Positions 30,275 to 41,969 of a stretch of 64,000 nucleotides of DNA are shown piece after piece. This DNA comes from Tubiluchus corallicola (taxonomy: Eukaryota > Animalia > Priapulida), in the NCBI GenBank assembly GCA_030141605.1, contig JAQGDQ010000009.1, positions 1,426,001 through 1,490,000 on the forward strand, read 5' to 3'. The notes under the pieces were generated by a model that made no database searches, was not told the origin of the DNA, and saw only the letters and a program-made list of their open reading frames with translations. Each line of letters begins with the position of its first letter. The stretch's first letter is position 1. A program made the position numbers and the translations under genes.

Positions 30275-32169
30275 CATCTTCATCATCAGTGGTGGTAAAC
30301 ACAATTTTTTAAATAACTCTACAGTAAAATGTGAAAGTAGTTGCCTCATTTCTTTTGCTTTCTCTACGTACAATTAATTTTTTCCTAACCTGACGATTCA
30401 AAACAACTAAAATAGGAAAAACCAGACCTATACCTGTGCCTGAATGATTAATTATAGTTTTTCACTGTAATTTTCTTTGCCAAGAACCAAATCATTTACT
30501 CCTCAATTTGCAATTCAAGCATTGTACTGTCTACTGTTGAATGGACTGTTGTGAAACTCATGAAGTCTGGAACTTATCATTCTATGTACCCATATTCTGA
30601 ACAAGCGTTTTCGCCACGGGCCACACTTGAGTCCAGCCGTTACCGCTTGGCCTAAGAATCAGGAAAGTTTTCAACATTTTGCCATTTGGTCGAGTATTTC
30701 TGAGACAAATTGGCTTTACTGGGTTTTACTCAGCATCTTGCCGGCGGCTGAAATTCAACTCTTTGCCACCCAACCTGGCAGGTAATTATGAGAAAGCGTT
30801 AGACACTTACGATTACTTAATTTTGTGGATATTTGTAAGCAGGAACTGTTGGCGGTACCCTAGCGGTGCCCCGGGCAGTGGACAAATCAATTTCACACAA
30901 CCGTACTTTTATACTGAGGATATTTCGTGATTTCTCTACACGTAGAAATAAAAGAAGTTTTATAACGACTTAAGTAGAAACTGCTGAATTAAGTAAAATT
31001 ACATCTGTCTTGGCGATTTCAGTTTTGACACACCATGCAGGTGCAACGCTGTAAAATTATAAAAATCGAAAAAAAATTCGAAGCCGTCAAACATTTTATC
31101 ATTATTGCATCGTTCAACTTATTAGCCACACATTAAAAAAATTCAAATAGTGTTCCAGTTAGGTGGATAGTAGGCTTGTAGTCTTGCACTTACATCATAT
31201 TTTAAGTTGATTTCATTTGAAGATAAATGAGGTCAGACGAAAAAAATCCTAAAAACTACTGAACACAGTGTGTGCTTACTAATACATATATATATATATA
31301 TATATATACGTCAAAATATATATATAAATAAAAAAAAATATATATATATATATTTACATTATATACATATATTCTTATTTACTATACATTATCATATAAT
31401 ATACATTATATACTTAATAAATGCATTTAAAATGTTTTCCAAAAAGAATGCGCAAATTTTAGCTATAGTACTTATAATTCCACCACTTCATTAGTTTTGT
31501 TTCTTAATAAGTTTACTTTGCCGGTCGACTCAGTGATGAATTTCAAATTTCTAAAAAAACACGGATTACAATTAGTTAACGTATTTTGATCAAAATAATT
31601 CCCATAGATATTGAATGTCGCCCGCAAGATGATCCGAAGTAATGGCTTTTTTAGATCCGATAAGCGGCTGCAAACATTTGCAGTTAAAATGGCCGATTAG
31701 TACATTGACCGGCAGCCTACAGGGCGCTAAAAATGAATTTTTGCCACGCACTTGATAACGAAAACACACGCAATGAAACTTTTTACCGTATTATCATGGC
31801 GTTATTAGCTGTGCAAATTTTTGTTCAACTTTGTTTGAAATAATATATAAAAGTTACATTGATAGAAATTTATAAAGTGATGCCCTATAAGGTCGCACTT
31901 TTATTATAGTAAATTTGTGTAACTTTTCTAAAAGTGTATACACTCTATGCTCAGATAACTGAATAGCACTGAATATTCTTAAAGGTAAACTAGTCCCAGT
32001 GTTAAACTATATTATTCTATAATGATTAAACTATAATCAAAATAATCTACTCTACGTAGAATAAAAAAACGGAATATATTATTTTTCAAGAATGTGAAAG
32101 AATTATTATGGCTATATATTACAGAAACATTATTTCACGCTTCAAGTCGGTTCTTCACTTTTTCATGCA

Positions 32170-32307
32170 TTCGCTAGTTAGATGGGCACTAGCGCCTGCA
32201 TCTGGGAAATGCGTGGCACAAAAACAGGTGCTGTACTTCTCAGTTCAGAGTTGTTCAGTTGTGATGTATATAGTGCACACATCCGAGAGCTCATGCGTGA
32301 GCACTGC
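32170..32307 (-). repeat. Dispersed repeat copy B (inverted partner at 26346-26460)
   Basis: TAGATGGGCACTAGCGCCTG at 32179-32198 plus collinear similarity (AAAAACAGG, GTTCAGTTG, GAGCTC, GTGA.CAC). Confidence 0.8.
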
Positions 32308-33699
32308 GGTAAATTTGAACTTTGAATTTTAAACAAAATTTTCCGAGTTTTTATATATCACACTGAAGGTTGTACGGTAGCACCCTACTTCAGTGATGTC
32401 AACGTCACTAGTTGAGCTCGCCCGCCGTTTATTAAATTTTTAATCTATTATTTCATTATCAGAAACGCTTTGGCATTGTCGTTGTGTTAAGATGTATGTT
32501 CTTTACCTTACTTGAAAGTAGGTAGGATATGAAAAATCATCGTGTTTTCCTTTAAGGCGTATATTTCTACTGCGAACCTTATTTTTGTCATTATGCTTTG
32601 TAAAGTTTAACTTTATAGCCCAAAGCTTGAATTTAACATAGACCAACCAAGTTGTACGTGCGCTATTTGCAATGGACAGGACTACATGGTAGCATGTGCA
32701 CATATACAGCATCATTCAAGGCGTCAGAATCGCTTTAGAGCTTTTAGTCACAAGACTTATAATAGTTGCTTTGTATTCCCGTTTATCATCTGTTTTCTTT
32801 CATAACACTTTCAGTGACTTTTTTGCTGGCTTGATAAGACACAAATATGACAAAACTGACAATTGCTTTCAATGAAGTAAAAGCAAAGCCACCAAACACT
32901 AGAGAGACGGTGTGAAAAGAATCTGACCTCCGACCTAGACACGATAAAAACCTGTCTTCTGCCAGAGTTATTTTGAGTTATTATCTGTAATTATGGACGT
33001 CCATCAACTTATAACATGTTTTATATGCTCAACAGGGGATACAACTAATGAATGTTTGCATATAAATGTTTGCAGCTACATTATACATATAGACTTACGA
33101 CATGCTTTGAGCCATGACGAATCGAGTTTTATTGAAATGACAATTTTTTTTTCAAAAAACTGTTATGTGGCCTAATTAGGTAAGGTCTTTAATTAGCAAT
33201 TTTTAGCAAAACACAACGAGTTACTTGCTAATTGAAAAATTATATAGAACTATGAAGTTTTCAGATTTTTCAATATAACAGTCTCCACAGAGAGAATATA
33301 TCACCATTGTACGTGCCAACACACAATTATTTCACAACGTAATATAATTGGCGGAGTAAGGAAGGTATACTTATATTCGTAATAACAGAAATTGAAATTA
33401 TAAAATGAAATCAAACTTGTGACAATCTGTTCTTGCTTTTGCAAAATCTACAGAAAGCTGTATAGTCTATAGTAGTAAGTAACAATCAAAAACTTACAAA
33501 GCGTCCTGAACGATATCTATACTAAAAAGGATCTGGCGTTGATTTAGGGTATATAATGTACGTTTGTTGCAAGGGACGGGGCTGTTTTTACCTCATAATA
33601 AAAGCGAACAGCATGGCAATTTACTTTCCAAAGCGTGTGCCTAATCAGGGAAATATTCTCAGAAAAAAACAAAGTTAAAAGTAATGAAAAACGATTGTT

Positions 33700-34883
33700 T
33701 AAATTGTAAATAATAATTCGCTTGTTTATTTACAAATAACAACTAGTAACAACTTAATTCTCACGAAACAATAATGAAAAGAACATTATTTACAAACTTT
33801 TATTTACAATATAACCTTAAAACAGTAATACTGCAACAAGGCCAGCCCAATGTAAATTATTTTTATCGAGATCGTTTGAAAGCCTCAGCAGAATAATGTG
33901 AAAAACTAGCAATTAATTAAATTTACACGTACAGCAATTAATAAGTACATTCAGTAACATACAGTTTCAACTGCTATGTATGCTTATAACTGCTGTGCAG
34001 AATCAGTAAGCTGAGTTCGATCTATCAGACCCTAATTTAGGACTTTAGCCATATGTAAATCACAATCAACATAAAATTATATGTCAATAATATATCAGCT
34101 CATACTTGAACTAAAGCGTAGAGTTGTAACTACTGTTAAAAAGTGAAGGGTTTGCCACGGCCAAAAAAGTTTCCGAAGTCTGTTTCTGCTTTCTCACATT
34201 CTTTGGCAGTATGGCATCAATTGCAAAAATACTATACTATAAAGATTGTCAAAATCACAAAAAATATAAATAGATATAATATCTGTCCTCATTTTATGCG
34301 TAATAACTTAACAACAAAGTGAAATTAAATTTTAAAAGTAGTTGAAATGATGTTATTTACAGTATATAATTGCAAAGATTTTTATTATCTAACAAAAAAG
34401 CCTACATGCATTGAAACAAATTATTACAGTAATATTCCCTTGTATAAAAAAATTGTACCAGCCTAAGACAGATCTATGTAGCCAATGTAGTCAAAGTAAA
34501 AAAACTGAAAGTTTTTCTGCCAGAAGACACAGTTCTGAAAGTGAAGATTCACTATGTACTTGAAAGTGAAATGCATTAGTACAATGTTTCCATTAAGGAA
34601 TATAAAATTATATGTTTTCTATACTAATGCATTTTCACTTTTAAATAAATAAATAAATTATTGTTTTCATCTAAATCGGAATAATTGATGCCTTCATCAC
34701 AGAAGTTTGTATGTACATAATTCAGTATTCTTATACACACAATTATGCGAATAATGATTGAAGTGATTCGATTGATTTTTAATTTGGTGAGTAGTAATAT
34801 GCATGCACGCACCACACAGGCATAACTAAGAAATCTTTTTAATTCATTAACACAGACGTATCTTCCCGATGTAGGCGGTTTGC
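33700..34883 (-). other. Putative TLX 3' UTR (~1.2 kb)
   Basis: AU-rich sequence after the stop, with AATAAA on the minus strand at 33799-33804 and 33725-33730 followed by a U-rich tract. The end point is inferred. Confidence 0.5.
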
Positions 34884-35149
34884 TTAAAAATCACTGGACT
34901 TGTACATATCGCAAAGAAGTCGCTCAATCGGAATGGCTCCAATTGTTTTTTTAAAGAAGAGTTCCTCAATTGTAGAAGGTGTTATAGCCCGCACAGAGGG
35001 CAGCATTAGCAATAATTTCCCGAAGCGGAATGGCTGTGTGGGGTAAGCTGCTTGGATATATTTGCTCAAGGTTAACTGCGCCTGGTCCTGCAAGGCTGCT
35101 ATCGTATGAGGTTCTGCTAGACGTCGTGTGTCACCAGAAGCATTGGCAA
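34884..35149 (-). CDS. NR2E1: TLX coding exon 8, LBD C-terminus and stop (...LQDQAQLTL...RFGKLLLMLP...IEELFFKKTIGAIPIERLLCDMYKSSDF*)
   Basis: tttcag acceptor, 266 nt to TAA. The C-terminus closely matches the TLX FFKKTIG..PI.RLL.DMYKSSD pattern. Confidence 0.97.
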
Positions 35150-35358
35150 CTGAAAAATATATATTTGTTATTTTAAAATTAACATACGTAATATTTTTGG
35201 ATAACGATAATTGTACAGTGTTAGTTTACGATTTTTTGATATGGGATGTTGACAACATAATAAAATCGTGTATGCTTTTTATGGACTAAATTCAAAATAC
35301 AGTTTCCAATCAAACAGTCAGTCAATCAGTTTAATTAAATCGATCAATAATACAATTA

Positions 35359-35546
35359 GTCAATCAATCAACCAATCAACCAACCAATCAATCAATCAAT
35401 CAATCAACCAGTTAGTCAGTAAGTTAACGCATAAATCAATCAAACAACCAATCACTCAATGAATCAACCAAAGAATGAATAAATGAGTGAGTGAGTGAGT
35501 GAATGAATGAATGAATGAATCAATCAATCAAGCAAGCAAGCAAACA
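35359..35546. repeat. Compound (TCAA)/(TGAA)/(TGAG) tetranucleotide repeats in TLX intron 7
   Basis: Visible directly. Confidence 0.85.
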
Positions 35547-36708
35547 ATTAATCAAAAGCAACATCATGATGACAACGATCAAGATGATGTAATGACAATA
35601 GTGACAATAGCAATGATGATGTTAATGATAGATGAGTAAACATATAAAATGTAAAGTTCTAACTTTTGTATTTCTGGTAGACTTCGGTTGCACTAATAAT
35701 TTTACACGTATGGCCAGAAAGTACTCGTCGCGTAGTTTAATATACATCCCAAATGGGCAATATAAAGTTTTACAGCAATATAACACATTAATATGAGAGG
35801 CTTTTTCGCTTTAACAGTTTTGCACTTTAACAAACGTCTGGCTTGTTCAGGTATATTACAGGTGAGCACATGCATGTACATTATACCTGTGTAACGTTTT
35901 CTCTAATAACCTGACATTCGTGTGACGGCCGGCGAGTCTATAACCCAACATCCGGATTTATTCTCGGACCAGATATTTGACTAGAAATTTTCACGTCACA
36001 GCTTAACATTGGTTGACGCATGCACGCGGCAAAGTCTCCAATTAGACTAATAAAGGTGAATTAGGATTGCAAATATGGCGGATGACAAGTAAGGTTGTTT
36101 CTGTCGACCAGTCAGGTTTAATGTGTGTTCTCTTCACTGACAGCTCGTCTTTTTTCATTGTTCTATGTAGACTGCGCAATGACCTAAGCTTTGTTACTCC
36201 TGTCTGACGTTCATCAGCTTTTCAAAATTATTTCCGAAGTGTAGGAATAATGTGAGGTTAGTTTGAATAACCGTGTCAGAAGCTACACACAAGTGCTAAA
36301 GTGAAACACCTGAAACAGTTATCTATGTTTGAAGCATGACTTCCAGACTGTCTGCATAGCCAGTTTTCTTGTTTTTCTGTTACTGGAAATGCTGAAGCAA
36401 CTTCCAGCAAGGCACTTCACAAAAAAGCAATAAAGTCGACCAGTAAATAAGTACACACACGCACGCACACATACACATACACACACGCACATACATGTAA
36501 ACAAAGAGGCAAATAAATAATCAAAAAGTAAATTACAATTGAATAACTCACTCAACTGCCCATTTATTCATCCATACGTTTACTGACTCACTCGCTTATT
36601 CATTCCTTTCTTTCTTCATTTATTTATTCATTCACCCATTTACTGACTCACTCGCTTATTTTTTCATTCATTTATTCAATTCACAAAAATTAAATGCACT
36701 ATACTTAC

Positions 36709-36855
36709 AAGCTTTGAATAACGAGATCCCTTTCAGGCAGACGAATTCAGTATTATCAACCTGCATGTGTTTAAACTTGGTAATGATTTCCTGTAATGCC
36801 CGTATTTCTCCCATCATCTTGGATACTTTTTCTGGATTCGATTCTGAACTTATGC
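36709..36855 (-). CDS. NR2E1: TLX coding exon 7, LBD (GISSESNPEKVSKMMGEIRALQEIITKFKHMQVDNTEFVCLKGISLFKA)
   Basis: ttttag acceptor, T|GTAAGT donor, 147 nt, phase 1-1. Contains the D.TEF.CLK.I..FKA motif. Confidence 0.95.
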
Positions 36856-37550
36856 CTAAAATACGGAAACAAAAAATGCAATTTAAAAAACTGACGGAAT
36901 AAAATTAAGAGATGTATGTAGTTAATTCGGTTATTAAAAATTATCTTGGGGATTTTAGATAAATGCATGTTGCTTTTTAGTTGAATAGTGATCTTAGCAT
37001 TAATTCACAAGGCTGTAAACTGTTTGAAATGTTATATATTTACTCAGAACATTCATTGACCAAAAAAAGAAACATAAGCTGGTGCCCTTTTAAAAGCATG
37101 CTTTCGCACATTTAATATTCATGTTACTCGTCATTCGTCTTGAAGAAAAGTAGCGCGCTCTCAATCTTCATCAGAAGTATAATAAGTATTTACAAAAAAA
37201 TTAGATGGCTAATTTTGTAATATTTTTGCATCAACATTAGGTAAGCTGTACAAGTTTGAATTAGCTTAAGCAGCGCGCGCTTACGTGAAGCCATGACGCG
37301 CTCACGAAAAGTCACCAAGTTTCCCAGTTACGTCACGATTTTCAAGTGAATGGCGGCAACCACCACAGCCGAAAATTTCTATTCACAGGTAGTATATTTT
37401 AAATTTATTCTTTATAGGCAGTTTTTTTTGCAAATTTCGTTGTTATAGTTTTTTAAGTTTAAGTGATAACAGTGAAATAAGCCCAACATACTGAGTGACT
37501 TGTTCTTTCCTTTAACACAGATGCACTCCTAAATCATGACTGCCACTTAC

Positions 37551-37785
37551 CAGCATTAGCTAAGAGAGGTACGGGATCTATTGGCATAGAGAATTGAGCC
37601 GCTCCCAGTACAAACATTTCCCTCCATCCTTCGCTTAGTAAAAGTAACTGATCGTGAAAGGGAAGACCTATGAAAGCTGGCACACTTTTAGCCCACTTCA
37701 CTGACAGGAAGAGCAGCCGGGCCGCTGATTCGCAAACCGTCTCCGCGCTGTTGAAGTGCGGGGTGCCAATATGGTGGTATGGATA
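37551..37785 (-). CDS. NR2E1: TLX coding exon 6, LBD start (YPYH...ETVCESAARLLFLSVKWAKSVPAF...DQLLLLSEGWREMFVLGAAQF...)
   Basis: tttcag acceptor, G|GTAAGT donor, 235 nt. Contains the CESAARLLF..VKWAKSVPAF TLX ligand-binding-domain signature. Not in the ORF track. Confidence 0.96.
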
Positions 37786-38180
37786 CTGAAATATAAAATG
37801 GCGTAATTTGTAAATACAGCAAAACGCAAACTTTTGATAAACTTTAAAGCTTTTGTAACTTGGAACAGTTAAGTTTAGACCACAGCCGAGGTGAGGCGAG
37901 GGGAATAGATTATGCTTTGTGATTTAAGTCAAGGAACGCCGAGACTAGACAGTAACTGTATTGGTAGCCAATGAGTTTAATGCTCGCTTTTAATAGTCAA
38001 TTATGTTACAGTCCTTTTGCATTCATATAGGTAGCGGGTGGTTGGTGGGCAGTGACTGGTTGCAGTAACAAGAATTCTTGAAAATAATAAACTGACAAAA
38101 AATGATAATTATCAATATTAAGTAATTATACATTATATTAAGTAACTAATAGTTAGAGGTGAAGATGCATGTACACTCAC

Positions 38181-38431
38181 CTTTGGTGTAGGTTGACAGA
38201 TGTAACCAGCAGTTGTTACAGGAATTACCGATCTTTCCATTGTTGCCATTGCGGCAGCAGAGACGTCTACCGACGGATCAGTTGTGACTAAAGTGTTAAA
38301 AAACGGACTGCGCAGGTGCGGCGGTGGCAACAATGGTGCTCCTGGATAGCCTTGATTGACAGCTTCCTTCATGTAAAGCTCCATCTGTCGACGAATAGTT
38401 GAGTTTCTTGGCCCTCGTTCATGTTGCACGG
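38181..38431 (-). CDS. NR2E1: TLX coding exon 5, T/A box and hinge (AVQHERGPRNSTIRRQ...QPTPK)
   Basis: ttttag acceptor, AAG|GTGAGT donor, 251 nt. AVQHERGPR is the NR2E1 T-box. Confidence 0.95.
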
Positions 38432-39293
38432 CTAAAAGAAACCAAAAAGTGAAACTAAACTGAAATTATTTTTGCTTATTTGGATGCTATTATTTGGACC
38501 CATGAAAAATTACTTTAAAGTTAAAGTCTGTAGTTTACAATAAGCGACGTCAATTTCTTTTGGTATAGATAAAAGACTCAAACATTTAGGCCTATAGGTT
38601 GCGGTGAAATGGCGCTTTCATATGTGTGAGTCTGGAGGTAGGAAATTTATTTAGATTTGTTTTTAGAAATTTTATAACATCGACAGGATTCCTAATTCCT
38701 TCCTCACGACTGTCAATCTGTCCAAGTTTAGTTGCTGAATTTTAGACAACAGTTATTGTATCTTAAAGTAACGACAGCGTCAAGGTTCCTTGTGGACTGT
38801 GATGAAGCTTGTTCATCTGATGGGCTTACAGACAGACAATCAGAAATTCTACACGCACTTCAGAACAACGTTTTCATACCCTGCTGCCCCCTAGGGGAGT
38901 TCAACTTATTGTAAGTAACAATAATCATTGTAAGTAACAATAAATGATATATTCACTGCGTTCTAGAAGTTTCGCGGAAATGATATTTACAACATGAATT
39001 TAATTATTTTCTATAGCTAAATTATACTTCTAAATATCCCACGGTCTGTGCCACACATTCGCTGTTTATTGTCAATCATAAACATTTCATAAGTTAACAG
39101 AAGTCATGTAACAAGTTATACCACACAGCACGAGTTTAGTCCACTAAACAGGTCTGGTTTGTTAAAAACAAAGTTTCGCAGGTTTATTGTTTTATGATTA
39201 CCAGTTTCAGAGTCCAGGTATGCGTTGATTAATTTTTTAGTACTCGGAAATTCGTAAGAATACTTGAAACATGTCCGACTAATGTGCTGCTTC

Positions 39294-39392
39294 TGTTGTT
39301 GCAGTTCAGATTGCTGTTGTTGTTGCTGCTACTACCACTACTATTGTTGTTGTTGTCGTCGTCGTCGTCGTCGTCGTCGTCGTTGTTGTTGT
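39294..39392. repeat. Compound (GTT)/(GTC)/(CTA) trinucleotide repeats
   Basis: Visible directly. Confidence 0.85.
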
Positions 39393-40753
39393 TTGTTTAT
39401 TGCCTACTGGTATTCTGTAGGTGTACTGATATTACTATTGTTGGTGTTGGTGCTTGTCATTTTCTGAAGACCCTCTAGTCTAGCTGGTTGCAGCCAATCA
39501 TGCATAATTTTGGTAATTGATGCTTGTTTGTACTTTTAGCAAGAGAGCTTAAACAGTCAACAAATGTGTGAACTTTATTTTTCAACTGTCGCAGAATTCA
39601 TCTTTCTCATCTTTGTCAACGCGGAGGTTTCAGCGCCACCTTTGAATCTGACCTGGCGTACAACCTTACACACAAATTACATTTACTTCCACAAGATTGG
39701 GCGGTTAGCGTGTTATACCTGCTACCAGCTGGGCAAATAGCCCGCAGCCTCACGCTCAACGTATAAATATAACTTCAGTCTTTATGCTATTATGCTTAAA
39801 GTTTTGTTTAAAACGAATGACATAACTTGTGCTAAGCGTTTAATTGTTAAGAATAGAGGTGCCGTGCCTCAGGGGCTTGGCTTCACTTAATGCCCACTTG
39901 TGACTGATTGTACAGGGCTGCTGTCTGCAAGTTAATCATTCAAGGTAGGTGCTCGCACAATACGGATCCTTATAAAATTTCAACTGCGGACGCACTAGAA
40001 AATTCTTAGAAAAATTTCAATCGGTCCAGAAAGTCTGAGTAGGCAACAATGCTATTTTAGAGAAAGTTGCTGGTGTAAAAATGGAAAAGAACTCGAAGGC
40101 GGAACGTAGTAAGTATACTGAGAAAAATGAAGTACTCATCAATAAAAAGGCCTACGCATTAGTTAGCAAAAAAGGGGTTAAATCTTATGCAACATAATAA
40201 TTAGTTCTGCCGTTATAAATCTATGCAGCACGAAGTTACTACATACTTTACCACAAAGTTTAACACATTTGCACAATTGAGTCATCATAAATTGTCGACA
40301 GAGATCTAATATTGGATTAATTCATAACAAAAAGGCATGGCAATGTGCGACTGCCCATGTAGACCTCCCAGGCTGTATTTAATGGTACGCTGACAGTTAT
40401 AAAGAACAGGTCAAGTTTGGAAAATCTAGTGAAAAGACCAAGTGGGTTCTTATAAGAGGCTGCAGGCACAGATTAGTGAGTTTAACATGTGAATTGTTCA
40501 TTGTTGAGTGACTATTGTGTTTACGAAATGTTAAAATGTTTCACAAGACGTAACAATAAAAGGCAGGTAAAGCCGCTGCCTCGATAAGCAGTTTCTTTTC
40601 ACGTTTCGTATTGAAGGTTATTGAGCCGGGATCCAACATGGCGGTCTCCTTGCAGTTTCACTTCACCAAACTTATACTGATACGAACACAAGTTCGTTTT
40701 CGTCTCCCGCAGGGCAAAAGTTAATAACGCATTCACGCCTTCCGAACTGCAGT

Positions 40754-40840
40754 CTCAGTTTCGAATGGGCAGCTCAATTCCGAGTTAGCTCAACTACTCA
40801 GTTTAGAATAGACGGCTCAATTCCGAGTCAGCTCAACTAC
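40754..40840. repeat. 43-bp tandem duplication in TLX intron 4
   Basis: GCTCAATTCCGAGTYAGCTCAACTAC at 40772-40797 and 40815-40840, each preceded by CTCAGTTT.GAAT. Confidence 0.85.
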
Positions 40841-41267
40841 AAGTGCTTTTCATATCGAAAGTGAATGAAAAGTTCTATGATGCAGTCGCAGAAGAAATGC
40901 TTTCAAATAATCACTCTTTGGGACTGTGGGAAAATCACAGCTGCCTGTAACTTCACAACTGTTAGCAGGCCTAGATTTTTCTCTGCGCATATTTTCAGCA
41001 TGTCTGCATACACTTAAGACCATTAATGTATGGTTTTTTAATAGATTTTTCCAAACCTGCAAACTATAGTTTCTTCTGGATATAATAATAATAAAACTCT
41101 GATTGCTGCCATTTCTAAATTTAGACTCTTCTCTTTCAATTACTACTTTCGACCTTCCTTTTAGTCAAAACTTTATCGCAAAATAGCAGACGTTGGTCCT
41201 ATCATCATAGTGGTACAGCATTGTATATAAAAATCAGATAACAATAGTTGTAACAGTAGACACTCAC

Positions 41268-41400
41268 CATCTTTATTCATACCAACTTCCGTACATTTCT
41301 TCAGACGGCACGCTCGGCATTGATTACGGTGCGTCTTGTCCACCGGGCAATTGCCGTTTCTTGATTTACAAATGTATTGCCGGTTACGTCGAATTGATCT
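41268..41400 (-). CDS. NR2E1: TLX coding exon 4, zinc finger 2 ([44 protein letters not shown])
   Basis: ttgcag acceptor, G|GTGAG donor, 133 nt. Contains the NR2E signature [14 protein letters not shown]. Confidence 0.97.
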
Positions 41401-41537
41401 CTGCAATGTAAAAAATGCAAATAGCAAAACCAGAACTAAATGCATACTTCACTTTCTAATGCGTGTTTATTTTGTATTAGGCCGACTGCATATGTATTGT
41501 GACTAGATTAATTCGTTTTTCTTTATTCAACGTTTTA

Positions 41538-41846
41538 CGGCGCGTCCAAGCTATCGAATTTTCTCTCTGACAGCAAACTCGCAAGTGTGAACTGCTTTGC
41601 GAGCACATTTTAGTAAGTTATTGCAAACTCTCCGACAGTCGCTGCGGGTTGATTTCCTGCGAGCTACTGTCTAGAGTGAACACATTGGCGAGTCACTCTC
41701 GACTCTTCTCACATTGAATACAGTATCAGCTCACGATTACTGGCGGAGAGTAACTCGCAGCAGATTTTTGCTATCAAGTCTGAACAAGCTGGCTAGTAAC
41801 TTTGCGAGTTAATCTGGCAAGAAAACTCCCTAGTCTGAAGACGCCG
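41538..41846. mobile_element. PIF/Harbinger-like MITE in TLX intron 3
   Basis: Degenerate ~45-bp terminal inverted repeats (CGGCGCGTCCAAGCTATCGAATTTTCT...AACTCGCAA versus rc CGGCGTCTTCAGACTAGGGAGTTTTCT...AACTCGCAA), TTA on both flanks, and repeated internal ACTCGC/GCGAG and TGAAC motifs. Confidence 0.65.
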
Positions 41847-41950
41847 TTAAATGCGAAATAATTTTTTGCCGCCATTTTGTAGTCTGCACAATTGAAAACG
41901 TATATAATATCAAAAAATATACTGTAAAGAAACTAAAAAAGAAAACTTAC

Positions 41951-41969
41951 TTTGAAAAATCCTGCACAC
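41951..41969 (-). CDS. NR2E1: TLX coding exon 3, 19-nt microexon (G-CAGFFK)
   Basis: ttttttcag|GTGTGCAGGATTTTTCAAA|gtaagt. It supplies exactly the missing residues CAGFFK and restores the frame (phase 2 to phase 0). Confidence 0.95.

Noticed and set aside
40754-40840. Repeat-spacer-repeat pattern resembling CRISPR
   Set aside because: Only two units with similar spacers, located in a eukaryotic intron, with no cas genes. It is a plain tandem duplication.
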